From positions 32,001-96,000 of IMG/VR virus record IMGVR_UViG_3300045988_115074: a DNA stretch of 64,000 bases. One strand, written 5' to 3'. Positions 61,129 to 64,000 of the stretch are shown piece after piece. Under the pieces are notes generated by a model. The model did not search any database. It was not told the origin of the DNA and saw nothing but the letters and a program-made list of their open reading frames with translations. Each line of letters begins with the position of its first letter. Position 1 is the first letter of the stretch. Position numbers and translations under genes: made by a program. This stretch comes from a virus.

Positions 61129-62157
61129 ATGCAACAACATTTGAATACCATTCGTGAAATTTTGCAACATGGTGAAACTATTTTAACAGACCGTAGTGGT
61201 TCAGGTATGCGTTCTGTTATCGGTATTATGGAAAAGTATCCTCTTTTAGATGGTTCATTCCCATTGGTTACTACACGTAAGATTAATTTCACTAAAACAC
61301 TCCATGAATTGATTTGGTTTATTAAAGGTACTAGTGATGTTACTTACTTAGAAGAAAACAAAGTGCCTTTCTGGACGAAGTGGACTACTGAGCGTAATAT
61401 TCAAATCGATAAGAAACCATTTAAGACTATCGGTCCTATGTATCCTGAAATTTGGCGTAAACTTTCAGTAACGAATGTCAATGTAGAAGTAGGCTCTGAT
61501 AAAGCAGATGACCATATGGTGAGTTGTAAGACTATTGACCAATTAAAAGACTTGGTAGTGGGTTTAGCACGTGATATTCAATACGATGTTATCTCACGTC
61601 GCCACTATATCTCTAACGTTAACCTAGGTATGCGTCCATTTGAGAAACTAGACCCTATTACTAATGTTAAGATGGGTCATATGGCTTTGGATACTTGTCA
61701 CCGTGAGTTCTTTGTTTCTTTACGTCCTTTATCAGATACTGAATTAGACGAAGTAATTAATTATCGTGAGAATCAAGCAAAACAATTTGGTGAAGTAGAT
61801 AATCGTCCTTTACCTAAATATAAACTCATGACTTCTTTAACCATGCGCTCTAATGATGTGGCTATTGGTAAACCACACAATATTGCCCAATATGCTTGTA
61901 TGAACTTTATCCTAGCACATATTTTGAACTGTCACCCAGGTGAACACACCCACATGGTACATGATGCACACATCTATTTACCACACATTGAAAACATTAA
62001 AGAACAGCTAAGTCGTACTCCTTATCCTTCTCCTAAACTATACTTATCTCAACAACTCACTAGAGAGAAACTCTTAAGTGGAGATATTGATATTGAATGG
62101 TTTAAAGTAGTCGGATATCAGTCACATCCAGCTATTTCTTTTTCACTAGAAGGTTAA
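61129..62157 (+). CDS. thymidylate synthase (ThyA) family enzyme with insertions; dUMP-directed C5 transferase (TS or hydroxymethylase)
   Basis: DRSGSG (R21), LHELIWF (E58), GPMYPEIWR (Y94), SRRHYIS (R126/127), DTCHREF (catalytic C146), MRSNDVAIGKPHNIAQY (R166, S167, D169, N177), HDAHIY (H207/Y209). 342 aa versus ~264 for E. coli ThyA. Confidence 0.85.
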   Translation: MQQHLNTIREILQHGETILTDRSGSGMRSVIGIMEKYPLLDGSFPLVTTRKINFTKTLHELIWFIKGTSDVTYLEENKVPFWTKWTTERNIQIDKKPFKTIGPMYPEIWRKLSVTNVNVEVGSDKADDHMVSCKTIDQLKDLVVGLARDIQYDVISRRHYISNVNLGMRPFEKLDPITNVKMGHMALDTCHREFFVSLRPLSDTELDEVINYRENQAKQFGEVDNRPLPKYKLMTSLTMRSNDVAIGKPHNIAQYACMNFILAHILNCHPGEHTHMVHDAHIYLPHIENIKEQLSRTPYPSPKLYLSQQLTREKLLSGDIDIEWFKVVGYQSHPAISFSLEG

Positions 62158-62170
62158 AAAAACTTATCAT

Positions 62171-62199
62171 TACAGCACACCCAAAATAGGTGTGCTGTA
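62171..62199 (+). terminator. hairpin terminator
   Basis: 11-bp stem TACAGCACACC/GGTGTGCTGTA, loop CAAAATA. Confidence 0.65.
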
Positions 62200-62243
62200 G
62201 TGTAATAAGTATGACTATACGCAGATTATTTAGGAGATTTTAA

Positions 62244-62774
62244 ATGAAATGGATACAAAATTTATTAGATAATTGTGTCTATTGTAAATCACATAAAAAA
62301 GATTTATTAGTCATGATAATAGTGGTGTTTATTTTGAGTTGCTTTCTTTTTTTATCTTATATGTATCCTGATGGAGAAAGAAAATTCTCACATAAAGCAC
62401 GCAGTAAAACTGTTAGTTGGGTAACGCAGACTTATCCTGATAATAGAGACTCTTATTATCTATCGGATAATAAAGGTTTGGCTTTAGTATTGACTTGTAA
62501 GGATAAGAAATTTACCATACAGGACTTAAAAGCCATGACTATTTTAAGAATATCATTGTATGGTGAACAATATCCAATTTCTACTTTAGGAATGGATGAT
62601 GATTTATATAAAGTACCAGTGATTAACGATAATCCAAACCCTACTGAAGAACAGATTCGTTTTCTAAAGAAACTATCTACAGCAGACGTGATTACGTTTG
62701 AGTTTAAAAACATTAAGTACACTTGGGTGACAGACAATCAAACTACCCTGTCACGTTGTGTTAATCTAGATTAA
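62244..62774 (+). CDS. membrane-anchored protein, 176 aa
   Basis: RBS TAGGAG; N-terminal hydrophobic span LLVMIIVVFILSCFLFLSYMY. Confidence 0.6.
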   Translation: MKWIQNLLDNCVYCKSHKKDLLVMIIVVFILSCFLFLSYMYPDGERKFSHKARSKTVSWVTQTYPDNRDSYYLSDNKGLALVLTCKDKKFTIQDLKAMTILRISLYGEQYPISTLGMDDDLYKVPVINDNPNPTEEQIRFLKKLSTADVITFEFKNIKYTWVTDNQTTLSRCVNLD

Positions 62775-62791
62775 TATAAGGATAAAGCAAA

Positions 62792-64000
62792 ATGGTAGAC
62801 AATGCAAATAAGCTAATGCCTTACGACCCACGAGTTACGGGTATTGATAACATCAATCGTATTTTGGAAGCCGCTGGTATTCCAGAAGAATTACTGGATG
62901 ATGTAACGATTGAATCTGTAAAAGATTCATCTAATCCAGAATTTAATGTATATCAAGACAAAGTAGGTAACACTGCTTTGAAAGTAAGTTACTCTGGTGA
63001 ATTGGCTAAGCTCACTAAAAAGACTTCTAACGTTCACTTCTACGACCGTGTGAAACCTATTCCAGATAAATGGCAAAACAAAATCATGTACGTACGTGAT
63101 TCTGAAATGGAAAACATCAGTATTGACCAATACATTAAAAATGTTTGGACTAATGACGGTTTCCCATTCTTAGGTGAAAACTTGTCATTTGACGTACAAG
63201 GTACAGCCGGTGGCTTGCGTTATGGTCGTAACTTAGTAGAAGTACGTCCTTCTGCTCGCAGTTATGGTTTAACTGGTGTGGCTTATCAAAAAGTACAATA
63301 CTTTGTCGATTTAGGTCACAAACAAGCTAAGATTGTTGCAGTAGTAAACCCATTTGTCAATACTGTACAAATGAACAAAAAAGACTGCTACATTGAGATG
63401 GTAGTACCTCCTGCTGTTACTGTTCAAGAAACTGAACGTCGTATTCTAGACCGTTATTTACGTGAAGCATACGGCATGATTCGCAGTAAAGCCATCTTAA
63501 AAGAAATCGATGATGAAGTTATCGACATCGTTCGTAATCCTAACTTCAAACAAGAGCTTCGCGCTCCTCAAAATGAAGAGCAATCTATTGAGAAGAAAGC
63601 TTCTGCTAACTACGCATACTCTTACTTGTATACTTTGTCTCAAGAACAAGTAGAAGATGAAGTATCTGCTGTAGTAGGTAATATTCGTTTGATGGTAGCT
63701 CGTGGTTACTTGTCTAAACTCTTACTGGATTCTAACTTATTCCCAGTAGAAGAAGAACAAGCTTATCGCTTTAAAGAAGATAAGGTGCGTAGTTTCGTAT
63801 TCTCTAAATCTAATAAAAACTTCGTAGAGTTTGAAATCACATTAGGTAAAGAGACTTCAGTTACTAATGCAGAACAAAAAGCTGAAAAGATTATTCGTAA
63901 ATTCTTAGGTGATTATTCTGTATTTGTAGATGTTGGTTTAGAGACTTCTGAAGCCAATCGCTTGATTCTTTCTGTTACTCCTAACGATAAAATCTCTGAT
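62792..64000 (+). CDS. hypothetical protein, 5' part (at least 403 codons, open at window end; codon-biased, structural candidate)
   Basis: Not in the ORF track because it has no stop. Hand translation from ATG 62792 (MVDNANKLMPYDPRVTG...) has no in-frame stop to 64000; RBS TAAGGATAAAGCAAAATG. Confidence 0.7.
   Translation, partial: MVDNANKLMPYDPRVTGIDNINRILEAAGIPEELLDDVTIESVKDSSNPEFNVYQDKVGNTALKVSYSGELAKLTKKTSNVHFYDRVKPIPDKWQNKIMYVRDSEMENISIDQYIKNVWTNDGFPFLGENLSFDVQGTAGGLRYGRNLVEVRPSARSYGLTGVAYQKVQYFVDLGHKQAKIVAVVNPFVNTVQMNKKDCYIEMVVPPAVTVQETERRILDRYLREAYGMIRSKAILKEIDDEVIDIVRNPNFKQELRAPQNEEQSIEKKASANYAYSYLYTLSQEQVEDEVSAVVGNIRLMVARGYLSKLLLDSNLFPVEEEQAYRFKEDKVRSFVFSKSNKNFVEFEITLGKETSVTNAEQKAEKIIRKFLGDYSVFVDVGLETSEANRLILSVTPNDKISD

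Noticed and set aside
1-64000. CRISPR arrays, tRNA/rRNA genes, integrase/transposase, reverse transcriptase (retron, DGR) and classical toxin-antitoxin pairs
   Set aside because: I scanned every intergenic gap of about 80 nt or more by eye. I found no regularly spaced repeats, no cloverleaf-capable GC-rich ~75-nt segments, and no YxDD, DDE or Tyr/Ser-recombinase motifs in the translations. A proper tRNAscan-SE or Infernal run is still advisable.

Overview
AT-rich (mid-30s % GC from a few hand counts, not computed window-wide), almost gap-free and mostly plus-strand coding. It reads as a segment of a jumbo, phiKZ-like (Chimalliviridae-type) phage genome, not a bacterial chromosome. Motifs read directly from the translations: three pieces of a split multisubunit RNA polymerase (beta' N-terminal piece with Zn ribbon and NGDFDGDQ loop, 4394-5929; beta C-terminal piece with HGNKGV, 16146-18518; beta' C-terminal piece, 18585-20675); a family-B DNA polymerase fragment that ends just after motif A; an SF2 DEAH helicase; an Mre11/SbcD-type phosphoesterase; an SSB-like protein with an acidic tip; a ClpP-family protease; an HExxH membrane peptidase; a dNMP-kinase/MazG fusion; a ThyA-family enzyme with insertions; a SleB-type wall hydrolase; and a lipoprotein. 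A strongly codon-biased 660-aa early gene directly upstream of the beta' fragment is a candidate phage-nucleus shell (chimallin-like) protein. At least 13 copies of a ~20-nt promoter-like motif (TATAYTAYTAWAGTG) lie on the plus strand, most followed by a 5' hairpin, and about 25 hairpin terminators share stem words. No tRNA, rRNA, CRISPR array, integrase or transposase was seen. Most worth a second look: (1) 48108-48432, a promoter-to-terminator non-coding transcript with an all-pyrimidine anti-SD-like loop that overlaps a convergent 59-codon ORF; (2) 56938-57267, a structured region with a micro-ORF made of three A-loop hairpins; (3) virion-type proteins sharing an MS(L/I)FD N-terminus; (4) three autonomous promoter-gene-terminator cassettes with near-identical leaders; (5) the kinase-MazG fusion plus the ThyA-like enzyme, hinting at non-canonical thymidine metabolism. 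All protein family calls rest on motif recognition by eye. No database search was possible.
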